The notes beneath the pieces are model-generated. The model worked only from the letters and a program-made list of their open reading frames with translations, searched no databases and was not told the DNA's origin. Below are positions 9,328 to 18,002 of a stretch of 64,000 nt of DNA, piece by piece; the stretch's first letter is position 1; each line of letters opens with the position of its first letter. The DNA lies in assembly GCA_963733295.1 (NCBI GenBank), contig CAVTCS010000015.1:1038-65037 (forward strand). Reading direction: 5' to 3'. The translations under genes and the position numbers were made by a program. This DNA is from Vulcanimicrobiota bacterium. Lineage in GTDB: Bacteria; Vulcanimicrobiota; Vulcanimicrobiia; Vulcanimicrobiales; Vulcanimicrobiaceae.

Positions 9328-10743
9328 CTACAGGGCCTTTACTGCGGCCGTTAGTTGGCCGATCGAGCCCTTTGCGTCGCCGAAGAGCATCGCGGTGTTG
9401 GGCAACTCGTAGAGCGGGTTGTCGATGCCGGCGAAGCCAGGCTTCATCGAACGCTTGAGGACCACGACGTTGTGCGCCTTGTCGACGTCGAGGATCGGCA
9501 TGCCGTAGATCGGGCTCGTCGCGACGAGACGCGCGGCTGGATTGGTGACGTCGTTCGCGCCGATGACCAGCGCGACGTCGGCGCGCGGAAACTCCGGGTT
9601 GATGTCGTCCATGTCGTAGAGCGAGGTGTACGGGACGTTCGCTTCGGCGAGCAGCACGTTCATGTGACCCGGCATCCGTCCCGCGACCGGGTGGATCGCG
9701 TACTTGACGGTGACGCCCTTTTTCTCGAGCTGATCGGCCAGCTCGCGGAGGCTGTGTTGCGCCTGCGCCACGGCCATGCCGTAGCCCGGAACCACGATGA
9801 CGTTCTGCGCGTAGGCGAGCATCGTCGCAACGTCGTCCACCGAGACTTCGCGAACGTTGCCGCCTCCGCTCGTGCCCGCGGCCGGCCCTTCACCCTTCGC
9901 AACTTTGCCGAACGCTCCGAAGAGCACGTTCGTGATGGAACGGTTCATGGCTTTGCTCATCATCAACGTGAGCAGCGTCCCCGAAGCTCCCACGAGCGCG
10001 CCGCTGATGATCAGCACGTTGTTCGCGAGCACGAAACCGGTCAGTGCCGCCGCGAGGCCGGTGAACGAATTGAGCAGTGAAATGATGACCGGCATGTCGG
10101 CGCCGCCGATCGGCATCACGAAGAGCAGGCCCAAGAGCGCGGCTGCACCGAGCGCGATGAAGAAGGCCGGCAACGTGTACTGATTGGCGATCACGAAGCC
10201 GGCCGCGACGACGATCGTCAACGCGATCAAGGAGTTGACGATCTGCTGTCCCGGATAGGTGAGAGGACGCCCGCTCATCACTTCCTGCAGCTTGAGAAAC
10301 GCGATGATGCTGCCGGCGAAGCTGATCGAGCCGATGACGCACGACAGAATCATCGTCACCGCCTGGTCCCAGGTGACGTACGACGTGGCGGGATTGAGCT
10401 TGAGAAACTCGGCCGCTGCGACCATTGCGGCCGCACCGCCGCCGGCGCCGTTGAAGAGCGCGACCATTTGCGGCATCGCCGTCATCTTGACGGCGCGTGC
10501 CGCGTAGATTCCGACCGCAGCGCCTCCGCCCACGCCCGCTACCACGATCCACCACATCGTCGAAAAGTCGAGTTGGAAGCCGGTGGCGATCAGCGCGATG
10601 GCCATGCCGAGCATCGAGATGAGGTTGCCGCGGCGCGCGGTCTTCGGCGAACTGAGATAGCGCAGCCCGAGGATGAAACAGATGCCCGTGACGAGGTAGG
10701 CGCCGTTGATGGCCAGCGCCGAGGCCGAGCTCGTATCGGTCAC
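9328..10743 (-). CDS. pntB: NAD(P) transhydrogenase subunit beta
   Basis: 471 aa with an N-terminal TM domain and a C-terminal dIII NADP(H) domain (GYGMAVAQAQ, HPVAGRMPGHMNVLLAEA). Confidence 0.92.
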   Translation of the reverse strand: MTDTSSASALAINGAYLVTGICFILGLRYLSSPKTARRGNLISMLGMAIALIATGFQLDFSTMWWIVVAGVGGGAAVGIYAARAVKMTAMPQMVALFNGAGGGAAAMVAAAEFLKLNPATSYVTWDQAVTMILSCVIGSISFAGSIIAFLKLQEVMSGRPLTYPGQQIVNSLIALTIVVAAGFVIANQYTLPAFFIALGAAALLGLLFVMPIGGADMPVIISLLNSFTGLAAALTGFVLANNVLIISGALVGASGTLLTLMMSKAMNRSITNVLFGAFGKVAKGEGPAAGTSGGGNVREVSVDDVATMLAYAQNVIVVPGYGMAVAQAQHSLRELADQLEKKGVTVKYAIHPVAGRMPGHMNVLLAEANVPYTSLYDMDDINPEFPRADVALVIGANDVTNPAARLVATSPIYGMPILDVDKAHNVVVLKRSMKPGFAGIDNPLYELPNTAMLFGDAKGSIGQLTAAVKAL

Positions 10744-11054
10744 GGCTTGTTGGTTCCCTCGGGAGTGGGAGCGACGCGCGGCTTGAACATCGCGAGCATT
10801 CGCTGGGTCACGACGTAACCACCGAACACGTTGAGCGAGGCGAGAAAGACCACGATCAACGAGAGCACCGGGCCCAACTTCGGTTCGGCGACGATCGCGA
10901 CGAGCAGAGCGCCTACGAGCACGATGCCGTGAATGGCATTGGTCGCCGACATGAGCGGCGTATGCAGGGTCGTCGGTACCTTCGAGATCACTTCGAGCCC
11001 GACGAAAACCGCGAGCACGAAGATGGTGAACTCGGTGAGGAGCTGAGCGTTCAC
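10740..11054 (-). CDS. pntAB: NAD(P) transhydrogenase subunit alpha part 2
   Basis: 104-aa three-helix membrane protein (HTPLMSATNAIHGIVLVGALL). It has 4-nt overlaps with both neighbours. Confidence 0.88.
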   Translation of the reverse strand: MNAQLLTEFTIFVLAVFVGLEVISKVPTTLHTPLMSATNAIHGIVLVGALLVAIVAEPKLGPVLSLIVVFLASLNVFGGYVVTQRMLAMFKPRVAPTPEGTNKP

Positions 11055-12190
11055 GCCGTGCTCCCGGCCAAAGCTTTCAGCGTCGGTTCGTGCACGATCG
11101 TTCCATCGCGCACGAGCGTCGTGCCCTTGATGATTTCGTCGGACATGTTGAGATCGAGAGCTCCATCTTTGATCAGGAGTTGCAAGAGCGCGTTGACGTT
11201 GCGCGAGTACAATTGGCTCGCGTGATAGGGCATCGTCGAGGGCAGGTTCGTGTTTCCCACGATCGTTACGTCGTGCACGACGATCGTCTCGCCGGGTTTC
11301 GTCAGCTCGCAGTTGCCGCCGGTCTCGGCGGCGAGGTCGACGATGACCGAGCCGGGCTTCATGCCGCGCACGGCCGCCTCGATGATGAGTAGCGGGGCGC
11401 GCCGCCCGGGAACGGCGGCGGTCGTGATGACGACGTCTTGCGCGGCGATGCTCTCGGCCAGCAACTCTTGCTGCTTTCTCTCCTGCTCGGGTGTAAGCGC
11501 CTTGGCGTAGCCGCCGGCTCCCTCACCTTCCACACCGAGATCGAGCGCGAGAAAGCTCGCGCCGAGGCTCTGCACTTGCTCTTTGACGACCGAACGCGTG
11601 TCGAACGCGGTGACGACACCGCCGAGGCGGCGCGCCGTTGCGATCGCTTGGAGTCCCGCCACGCCGGCGCCGAGAATGAGGACCTTCGCCGGCGGAATCG
11701 TTCCCGCGGCGGTGGTGAGCATCGGGAAAAAGCGCGGCAGCAGATTCGCCGCGATGAGGACCGCTTTGTAGCCCCCGATGTTCGCTTGCGACGAAAGCAC
11801 GTCCATCGCTTGGGCGCGCGTGATGCGCGGCAGCGCGTCCATGCTCAACGCGTTGATCTTGCGGGCCGCGTAGGCTTCGACCGATGCCGGGTCGCCGAGC
11901 GGTGCGAGCAGAGCGATGAGTGTTTGGCCGGGGCGCGTGAGCGCGAGCTCAGCGGCGCTCGGGCGCTGAACTTTCACGATCAGCTCCGCCTTGCCGTACA
12001 CCTCCGCCGCGCCGTTTGCGAGCGTCGCACCGGCTTCTTCGTACGCCGCGTCGAGGAACGAAGCTGCGCTTCCGGCTCCGTGCTCGACGATGACGGTCGA
12101 GCCCGCCTTGACCAGCTTCGCCACCGTTTCCGGGACGAGTGCGACCCGGCGTTCGCCCGGCACCGTCTCGCGCGGAACGCCGATTACCAT
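11051..12190 (-). CDS. pntAA: NAD(P) transhydrogenase subunit alpha part 1 (dI)
   Basis: 379 aa. Begins MVIGVPRETVPGERRVALVPE, carries the Rossmann motif ILGAGVAGLQAIATA and has alanine dehydrogenase/PNT architecture. Confidence 0.92.
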   Translation of the reverse strand: MVIGVPRETVPGERRVALVPETVAKLVKAGSTVIVEHGAGSAASFLDAAYEEAGATLANGAAEVYGKAELIVKVQRPSAAELALTRPGQTLIALLAPLGDPASVEAYAARKINALSMDALPRITRAQAMDVLSSQANIGGYKAVLIAANLLPRFFPMLTTAAGTIPPAKVLILGAGVAGLQAIATARRLGGVVTAFDTRSVVKEQVQSLGASFLALDLGVEGEGAGGYAKALTPEQERKQQELLAESIAAQDVVITTAAVPGRRAPLLIIEAAVRGMKPGSVIVDLAAETGGNCELTKPGETIVVHDVTIVGNTNLPSTMPYHASQLYSRNVNALLQLLIKDGALDLNMSDEIIKGTTLVRDGTIVHEPTLKALAGSTA

Positions 12191-12300
12191 GGAGCCGTTC
12201 GGGGCGCGTGGTCGAGCATGAGTCGCTTCAGTACCGTCTCCGGCAGCGCCGCTCCTGGAAGTGCTTTCGCTTTGGCATCGAACGGCTGACTTAGGCCGAT

Positions 12301-13995
12301 ATGCAAGTGCGTTCCCCGGAAGCCGCCAACGCGCTCCCGCTGATCATCATCGTCGGCGGCGACGCGCTGGCGCTCAAAGCGTGCTACGAGCTGACCTCCG
12401 CACGCGGACAGGTCGTGACAGTCCTTTGGGAGCACGGCGCCGGCGGCTTCGCGGACAAAGTGCGCGCGTTGGGGGCGACCTTCATCGAGCGCAGGCCGAA
12501 CGATGAAGAGGCCTTGCGCGCGGCGGGCGTGCTTCGCGCAGCCTCGATCATGGCGCTCACCGACGACGACCACCTCAATCTGCTCGTCGCGCTCAAAGCG
12601 CGCGACCTCAACTCGTCGATTCGCGTCGTGATGCGGCAGTTCAATCGGACTTTGGGACGCAAACTCGAACAGAATCTCGCGGACTGCTCGGTCATCTCCC
12701 TCTCCGCACACTCCGCCGCGACCTACGCCGGCACCGCCGTCGACCATCAGTGCTTTTACGGCTTGCAGTTTCCCAACATCGACGGTCCGCTGGTCGGGTT
12801 CGCAAGCCGCTCGACGTCGCGCCCCGGGCTGGAAAACTCGACCGTCTCGGAGGCGGAGACGGATCTCGGCGAACGCATCGTCGCGATCGACGGCGAGACC
12901 GGTTACGCGCGCGACGCCGTCCTGACCGGCAAATCCGAGTTGACGACCTTCGGCATCATCCGGCCGCGTCCGGCGGTCCTTCGCGGGCCGGTCGACGGGG
13001 TGCGCCGAGGCGCGGCGGTTTCGCCGCGCCTGAGTTGGCTCGCAAAACGCTGGGTGCACCTCGGCACGCTGGTGCAGCGACTGATCGTGACCGCCGTTGT
13101 CATCTACGCTGCTGCGACGACGTTCTTCGCGTTCAAGCTGCACCTCGATGCTTTGAAGGCCGCCTACTACGTGCTCTCGACGATGACGACGGTCGGATAC
13201 GGAGACATTACGCCCAAGCTCGACGACCGCACCGAACTCATCGCGGCGATGCTCATCATGACCCTCGGCGTCACCTTCACGGGCATCTTTACGGCAATCG
13301 TGACGGCGCGCCTGACCCAAGCGCAGTGGGTCGCGGTGCAGGGTCTGCGCCAGATCAAACGCCGCGGGCACATCGTCGTGTGCGGCGCGGGAAACGTCGG
13401 CTCGCGCGTGATCGAGTATCTCCTCAAGCTCGAGCAGCGCGTCGTGGTCATCGAAGCGAATCCGAAACCCTCGATCGTCGAACTCTCGCGCGACCGGCAC
13501 TTCGACCTGTTGACCGGCGACGCCACTGCCGACACGACGCTCGATCTCTGCAATTTCGGTCAGGCCGAAGCGCTGGTCGCGTTGACCAACGGCGACGCGA
13601 TGAATCTCGAGGTCGCTCTCGGTGGACGCGCGCGCAATCCCGAGATGACGATCGTGATCCGCGTCGGGGAGGCCTCGTTCGAGGAGTCCGTCCGCCGTCA
13701 CTTCGCGATCGAGCACACCTACGCGACGGCCGCCCTGGCCGCCCCGGTGCTCGCCGGGCTCGCGCGGCACCCCGGCGCGCGCGGCCGGATTCAGATCGCC
13801 GGCCGCGAGTACGCGATCGGCGAGATCGTTCAGGGAGCCGGCGTCGTCGGACCCGAGGTGCCGGACTGCGTCCCGCTCTGCGTCTGGCGCGACGAGGCGC
13901 TCGGATACATCAGCGACTTCGCCGAAGTCCTTCCCCACGACCGCGTGCTGCTGCTCGTTCCCGTCTGGCAGTTGCGCAAGGACGCGATGGAGTAA
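12301..13995 (+). CDS. Potassium channel with RCK/TrkA-N domains
   Basis: 564 aa. The K+ selectivity filter TTVGYGD is flanked by TM helices. Rossmann-like segments lie N-terminal (IIIVGGDALA) and C-terminal (IVVCGAGNVGSRV). Confidence 0.85.
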   Translation: MQVRSPEAANALPLIIIVGGDALALKACYELTSARGQVVTVLWEHGAGGFADKVRALGATFIERRPNDEEALRAAGVLRAASIMALTDDDHLNLLVALKARDLNSSIRVVMRQFNRTLGRKLEQNLADCSVISLSAHSAATYAGTAVDHQCFYGLQFPNIDGPLVGFASRSTSRPGLENSTVSEAETDLGERIVAIDGETGYARDAVLTGKSELTTFGIIRPRPAVLRGPVDGVRRGAAVSPRLSWLAKRWVHLGTLVQRLIVTAVVIYAAATTFFAFKLHLDALKAAYYVLSTMTTVGYGDITPKLDDRTELIAAMLIMTLGVTFTGIFTAIVTARLTQAQWVAVQGLRQIKRRGHIVVCGAGNVGSRVIEYLLKLEQRVVVIEANPKPSIVELSRDRHFDLLTGDATADTTLDLCNFGQAEALVALTNGDAMNLEVALGGRARNPEMTIVIRVGEASFEESVRRHFAIEHTYATAALAAPVLAGLARHPGARGRIQIAGREYAIGEIVQGAGVVGPEVPDCVPLCVWRDEALGYISDFAEVLPHDRVLLLVPVWQLRKDAME

Positions 13996-14003
13996 GAGGC
14001 AGC

Positions 14004-14573
14004 GTGCCGATCGAGTTCTGGAACAGCCTGTGGAGCTTCTTGACGTTCCTCGTCATCGCGGCGACCGTCATACCCGCGGTTTTGCAGATGCGCCACTTGA
14101 GCTCCAACAACCAGATTCAATCCTTGCTGTCGCTGGAGCGCGACTTCAACGAGTCGCACTTGCAGGCGGCCTTCCACTACGTGCAGCACGATCTGCCCGG
14201 GCGTCTCGAAGATCCCGCCTACAGGGCCGAGCTCGCGCACATCGGATTCGTCGATCCCGTGATGCATCCCGAGATGAAAGTCTGCAATTGGTTCGACCAG
14301 ATCGGGACCTTTGTCAAGAACGGGCTCGTGGGCGAACGCGCGTTCTTCGAACTCTTTGGGCGGCTCGTCGATCGCTATTGGGAGCTGCTCTCGCCCACCG
14401 TCGCACTGTTACGCCGCGAGCGCGGCCCGCGCCAGTATCAAAACTTCGAATATCTGACGGCGCGCTACCGCCGCTGGGCGCAGCAGTACCCCGACGGCCT
14501 CTACCCCGGCAACGTCCCGCGGTTGCAGCTCGAGGACCCTTGGCTCGCGGCCGATCGCACACTCACGCCGTAG
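14004..14573 (+). CDS. Hypothetical N-terminally membrane-anchored protein (189 aa)
   Basis: GTG at 14004, 8 nt after the channel stop. One N-terminal TM helix (LWSFLTFLVIAATVIPAVL) and a well-composed soluble domain. The rest of listed ORF 12750..14573 is Arg-rich out-of-frame sequence. Confidence 0.55.
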   Translation: MPIEFWNSLWSFLTFLVIAATVIPAVLQMRHLSSNNQIQSLLSLERDFNESHLQAAFHYVQHDLPGRLEDPAYRAELAHIGFVDPVMHPEMKVCNWFDQIGTFVKNGLVGERAFFELFGRLVDRYWELLSPTVALLRRERGPRQYQNFEYLTARYRRWAQQYPDGLYPGNVPRLQLEDPWLAADRTLTP

Positions 14574-14973
14574 GCGTTTGACCCGGCGCTGAAGCGGTTG
14601 CGTTGGCTCCGCCGAGCGCGGTGCTGTCCATGCGGCGCAAGCGCTCGGCCATCACTTCCATCACTTGGACCGCGAAGAACGGCGTGTTTTGAACGAGGTA
14701 GAGGAAGCGTTTCTGATTGACCGGCACAACGCTCCCGTCGCTCTTCCCGATCGCGGTCGCGCTCCGGTCGCGATGATCGATCAAGGCCATCTCCCCGAAG
14801 ACGCCGCCGGATGAGACGGTTTCGACGATCGCGTCACCGATCTTGAGGTCGACCTCGCCCGAGACGACCACGTACATGTGATCGCCCGGATCGCCTTGCG
14901 TGAAGAACGTTTGGCCTGCTTTGAACGCTTCGGCCATCGGGTCGTTTTGAAACAGGGTCAGCGGCGTCGCCAT
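14563..14973 (-). CDS. Stand-alone cyclic-nucleotide-binding domain protein
   Basis: 136 aa from the internal ATG at 14973. Contains the cNMP-binding signature FFTQGDPGDHMYVVVSGEV...GGVFGEMALID...RSATA. The upstream part of the listed 312-aa ORF is Arg-rich. Confidence 0.8.
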   Translation of the reverse strand: MATPLTLFQNDPMAEAFKAGQTFFTQGDPGDHMYVVVSGEVDLKIGDAIVETVSSGGVFGEMALIDHRDRSATAIGKSDGSVVPVNQKRFLYLVQNTPFFAVQVMEVMAERLRRMDSTALGGANATASAPGQTPTA

Positions 14974-15005
14974 CGTGGATGCTCCTTTCGGGAGGTTGCC
15001 GGGAT

Positions 15006-15878
15006 TCAGCGCGTCGCGGCGGCCGGCACGCCGAGTGCGATCCGGTTTCGCAGCACGCCGACGTGATCGATCTCGACTTCCACGACGTCCCCGTCCTTCA
15101 ACCACTCGGGGGGCGTGCGCGCCATGCCGACGCCATCGGGTGTTCCGGTCGCGATGACGTCGCCGGGCTCGAGGGTCATCCCGCGCGAGAGGCTCGCGAT
15201 GATTTGTGCAACCGCGAAGATCATCGTACTCGTGTTGGCATTCTGTTTGACGACACCGTTGACGCGCAGCTTGACTTGCAGCGTCTGCGGATCGGGAATC
15301 TCGTCGGTTCCGACGATCCACGGTCCCATCGGGCAAGCGTCGTCGAGGCTCTTCCCTTTGAACCATTGCTGGTGCTCGCGCTGCAAATCGCGCGCGGTGA
15401 GGTCGTTGATGCACGTGTATCCGAAGACTACCGAGAGCGCGTCGGCTGCGGGAACGTCGCGGCAGACTTGTCCGATCACGACGGCAAGCTCGGCTTCCCA
15501 ATCGTATTCCGACGAAACCTCCGGCGAGAGATGCAGCGTCTGCTCTTGCCCGGCGATCGCGGTGGGCGCCTTCGTGAAGAAGGCCGGCACCGAGGGCAGG
15601 TTCATCGGCTTCCCCGTTGCGCGCGCGACCTCTTCGGCGTGTCCCCTATAATTGCGCCCGACGCAAAAGACGTTCTTGTGCGGACGGACCGGCGCGACGA
15701 GTTTGACTTCTCCGATTTCGACGGGCATCACGTGCGACTTATACGCGGCTCGCTCGCGGGCGGGAAGCGCGATGAAGTCGATCAGCGAGGCGAACTCGTC
15801 CGGCAGCGGGTGAATGAGATGCCCTTCGAGGATTCCCGGGCGGACGACGCCGTCGTGGGAGAAGCTGACGTAGCGCAT
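15006..15878 (-). CDS. Fumarylacetoacetate hydrolase (FAH) family protein
   Basis: 290 aa with FCVGRNYRGHAEE and TGTPDGVG motifs, typical of FAH-family hydrolases/isomerases. Confidence 0.85.
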   Translation of the reverse strand: MRYVSFSHDGVVRPGILEGHLIHPLPDEFASLIDFIALPARERAAYKSHVMPVEIGEVKLVAPVRPHKNVFCVGRNYRGHAEEVARATGKPMNLPSVPAFFTKAPTAIAGQEQTLHLSPEVSSEYDWEAELAVVIGQVCRDVPAADALSVVFGYTCINDLTARDLQREHQQWFKGKSLDDACPMGPWIVGTDEIPDPQTLQVKLRVNGVVKQNANTSTMIFAVAQIIASLSRGMTLEPGDVIATGTPDGVGMARTPPEWLKDGDVVEVEIDHVGVLRNRIALGVPAAATR

Positions 15879-15928
15879 GGGGTGACCGTCCTTTCGAGCG
15901 AACCTTTCGCGGAGGCGTCTGGGTCAAC

Positions 15929-16552
15929 ATGCGAATTGCGATTCTGGGCGCGACGGGAGGAATCGGCCGCTGGCTGGTGGCCGCGGCTCGAGAGGACGAG
16001 GACCACGTCAAGCTGCTCGTCCGCGACCGCCGCAAGCTGCCGGCCGACATGGGCGCGCTCGGCGTCATCCAGGGCGACGTTTCGGATCCCGCGGCGGTCG
16101 ATGCGACGGTCGCCGGGACCGACGTGGTGCTTTCCGCGCTCGGCGCCAGCGGGCGCGGCCCGACCACCCTCTACTCCGCGGGAACGGCCAATATCATCGC
16201 TGCCATGAAGGAGCACGGCGCGTCGCGATTGCTGGTCGTCTCCTCGCTCGGCGTCGAAGACGATCCCGGGGCGCCCTTCCTGTTCAAGCGCCTGATAGCG
16301 CCGTTCGTTTTACAAAACCGGCTGGCCGACATGCGTCTGATGGAGCACGCGGTCGAGAACAGCGGTCTCGTGTGGACGATCGTGCGTCCCGTTGGCCTCG
16401 ACGACGGGCCGCGCACCGGACTCTACCGCGCGGGCGAGCGTTTCGTTCCCGAGAACGGACGGCATATCTCGCGCGCCGACGTTGCCGATTTCATGGTTCG
16501 CGCGATCGCCGACGAACGGACGATCAGAAAAGTCGCGGTGCTCGCGTACTAA
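15929..16552 (+). CDS. NAD(P)H-binding (NmrA/atypical SDR-like) protein
   Basis: 207 aa. N-terminal Rossmann motif MRIAILGATGGIGRWLV, with size and layout of the NAD(P)-binding_10 family. Confidence 0.75.
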   Translation: MRIAILGATGGIGRWLVAAAREDEDHVKLLVRDRRKLPADMGALGVIQGDVSDPAAVDATVAGTDVVLSALGASGRGPTTLYSAGTANIIAAMKEHGASRLLVVSSLGVEDDPGAPFLFKRLIAPFVLQNRLADMRLMEHAVENSGLVWTIVRPVGLDDGPRTGLYRAGERFVPENGRHISRADVADFMVRAIADERTIRKVAVLAY

Positions 16553-16556
16553 AAGC

Positions 16557-16802
16557 TCACGGCGCGCGGCGCGTGAGATGCCATTCGTCGCAGTAGTGAC
16601 AGTGATAGGTAAAGAGCTTGCCGGCCATGCCGTTCATGGCGACGTGCGCGCGCGCTTCGGCTTCGCTGCGATAGCCGTCTTTGGTGGCGCAGCTGCGCGC
16701 GATGTCCTTATCCACAATCTCGTCGATGCCCTCGCGGCTTCGCAACCACCACTTCAGCGGATCGAAGCCATCTTTCTTTTCCGCGTCGCTCACGTTCGCC
16801 AC
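16557..16802 (-). CDS. Hypothetical small protein with C-terminal Cys/His cluster (about 81 aa)
   Basis: Only the C-terminal part of listed ORF 16557..17231 has protein-like composition, ending ...FTYHCHYCDEWHLTRRAP. GTG at 16802 lies 4 nt after the upstream gene's stop. The start is uncertain. Confidence 0.4.
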   Translation of the reverse strand: MANVSDAEKKDGFDPLKWWLRSREGIDEIVDKDIARSCATKDGYRSEAEARAHVAMNGMAGKLFTYHCHYCDEWHLTRRAP

Positions 16803-16806
16803 CCCG

Positions 16807-17289
16807 CTACTTTTTTTGGATGATCGCGGAAAAGTCCGGCAGCGGACTCGCCGGATGCATCTTCTTCGCATTTTGCTGCGCGAACAGGTCGACCGCGCCC
16901 ATCGCGTTCGGATCGACGCCTCCCGCTTGCACCAAGGCGACGTGGCGGGTGACCATCTTGGTCCGAGGATCGTAATCGTAAGTGAGCCGGTAGACGCCGG
17001 CGACCGCGCTCCCGTCGGGCTTGCGGATGAAGACCTGCAAGGCATTTCCATAGACGCGGGCATCGAAAGACTGATCGCTTGCGTGCTTGGCGGAGCGAAC
17101 GCGCACGACTTGTCCCTTACGGTTGACCTCCACCAGGTACTCGGCATGCTGCGCCGTTTTCGGTGCGGCCGTCGAGCGCGGCATCGGAGGCGGCGCTTGC
17201 TGCGCGCGAAGGCCGGCTGGGAGCGAGGCAAGCGCGACGGTCAGACCGGCCGCCGCGGCCAGGCGGCCGGCACGGCCCGCACGGGCCAC
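16807..17289 (-). CDS. Secreted hypothetical protein, TonB-C-terminal-like fold possible
   Basis: 160 aa with a signal peptide (LAAAAGLTVALASLPAGLRAQQ). The mature part, EYLVEVNRKGQVVRVRSAKHASDQSFDARVYGNAL, resembles TonB_C-type domains. Confidence 0.55.
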   Translation of the reverse strand: MARAGRAGRLAAAAGLTVALASLPAGLRAQQAPPPMPRSTAAPKTAQHAEYLVEVNRKGQVVRVRSAKHASDQSFDARVYGNALQVFIRKPDGSAVAGVYRLTYDYDPRTKMVTRHVALVQAGGVDPNAMGAVDLFAQQNAKKMHPASPLPDFSAIIQKK

Positions 17290-17453
17290 TAGTTACGGGA
17301 GAGCGCCGCGAAGACCGTGCGGCACGAGGCGCACGCCACGACGACCTGATAGGTCGTGGCCGTCAGGTTCGGCTTGTGCTCCTCGGCGCGCAACTGCTCG
17401 CGCCCGCACGATTGGCAGTGGGCCGACACCGATTTCTTCTGGGAATACTCCAC
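17289..17453 (-). CDS. Unlisted 54-aa zinc-ribbon-like micro-protein
   Basis: My own translation gives V(M)EYSQKKSVSAHCQSCGREQLRAEEHKPNLTATTYQVVVACASCRTVFAALSRN, with two CxxC pairs. Its TAG overlaps the GTG start of the next gene by 1 nt (TAGTG). Confidence 0.4.
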   Translation of the reverse strand: MEYSQKKSVSAHCQSCGREQLRAEEHKPNLTATTYQVVVACASCRTVFAALSRN

Positions 17454-17482
17454 ACCCCGCGCATACCCGAAAAACGCGGGGG

Positions 17483-17950
17483 ATGCCTCCAGGGCCGCCG
17501 AAAACGCGCTGCGTGGAACGAAAGATTTTCCTCTTAGGTTCGGGCGCCGTCACGTTGCTCGGCGCGGTCTCGCAGGGCACCCAGACCGCTCCCAAGATCA
17601 ACGACGAGAGCCACGGTGCCGTGCGCGCCGGCGAGGGCGTCATCCTCAAGTCGATCAAGGTCTACTTGAACAACGACGGAAACGCCGACGGGCTCGTGCA
17701 GTGGTTTATCATCAACTTCAACTGGACGAACAACCTCGGCTACGTGATCGCTCCGAAGATCACGCATTGGACGATCGTCGATACGGAGAACATGCTCTGG
17801 ACCGCCATCGACGGCGGAAACACGCAGTCGATCGGAATAGCGGAGTACTACGACGGCCAGCTGCAGCGCGGAGAATCGCACGACTACACGGTCGCCTTCC
17901 ATCTCTCCGCGAGAATGGTCGGAACGCTCTTCTACGACGCGTCCTACTAG
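17483..17950 (+). CDS. Hypothetical secreted protein (about 146-156 aa)
   Basis: The C-terminal part of listed ORF 17087..17950 is well composed (INDESHGAVRAGEGVILKSIKVYLNNDGNADGLVQWFIINFNW...). Start is ATG 17483 or GTG 17513. A signal-like segment (LLGSGAVTLLGAV) is present. Confidence 0.5.
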   Translation: MPPGPPKTRCVERKIFLLGSGAVTLLGAVSQGTQTAPKINDESHGAVRAGEGVILKSIKVYLNNDGNADGLVQWFIINFNWTNNLGYVIAPKITHWTIVDTENMLWTAIDGGNTQSIGIAEYYDGQLQRGESHDYTVAFHLSARMVGTLFYDASY

Positions 17951-18002
17951 GACCGTCATTCAGCGCTCTGCCGGCCGTGCGGCCGGCGCTATCCTCGCGG
18001 TC

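Noticed and set aside
12184-13938. 584-aa minus-strand ORF antisense to the K+ channel gene. Similar long shadow ORFs are 12750..14003 (+), 6161..7276 (-), 21782..23149 (-), 31712..33169 (+), 36372..38102 (-), 44973..46328 (-), 47025..47996 (-), 57021..58073 (-), 58077..59393 (-) and 60708..61517 (-).
   Set aside because: All are extremely Arg/Ala/Gly/Pro/Asp-rich, with no hydrophobic cores or motifs. All lie opposite or out of frame to genes with unmistakable conserved motifs. This is the expected stop-codon-poor shadow-frame artefact of a GC-rich genome.
17293-17658. 121-aa minus-strand ORF overlapping the start of the 17483..17950 gene.
   Set aside because: Arg/Gly/Pro-rich composition. 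A different minus-strand frame (17289..17453) gives a coherent CxxC zinc-ribbon peptide coupled to the downstream gene.
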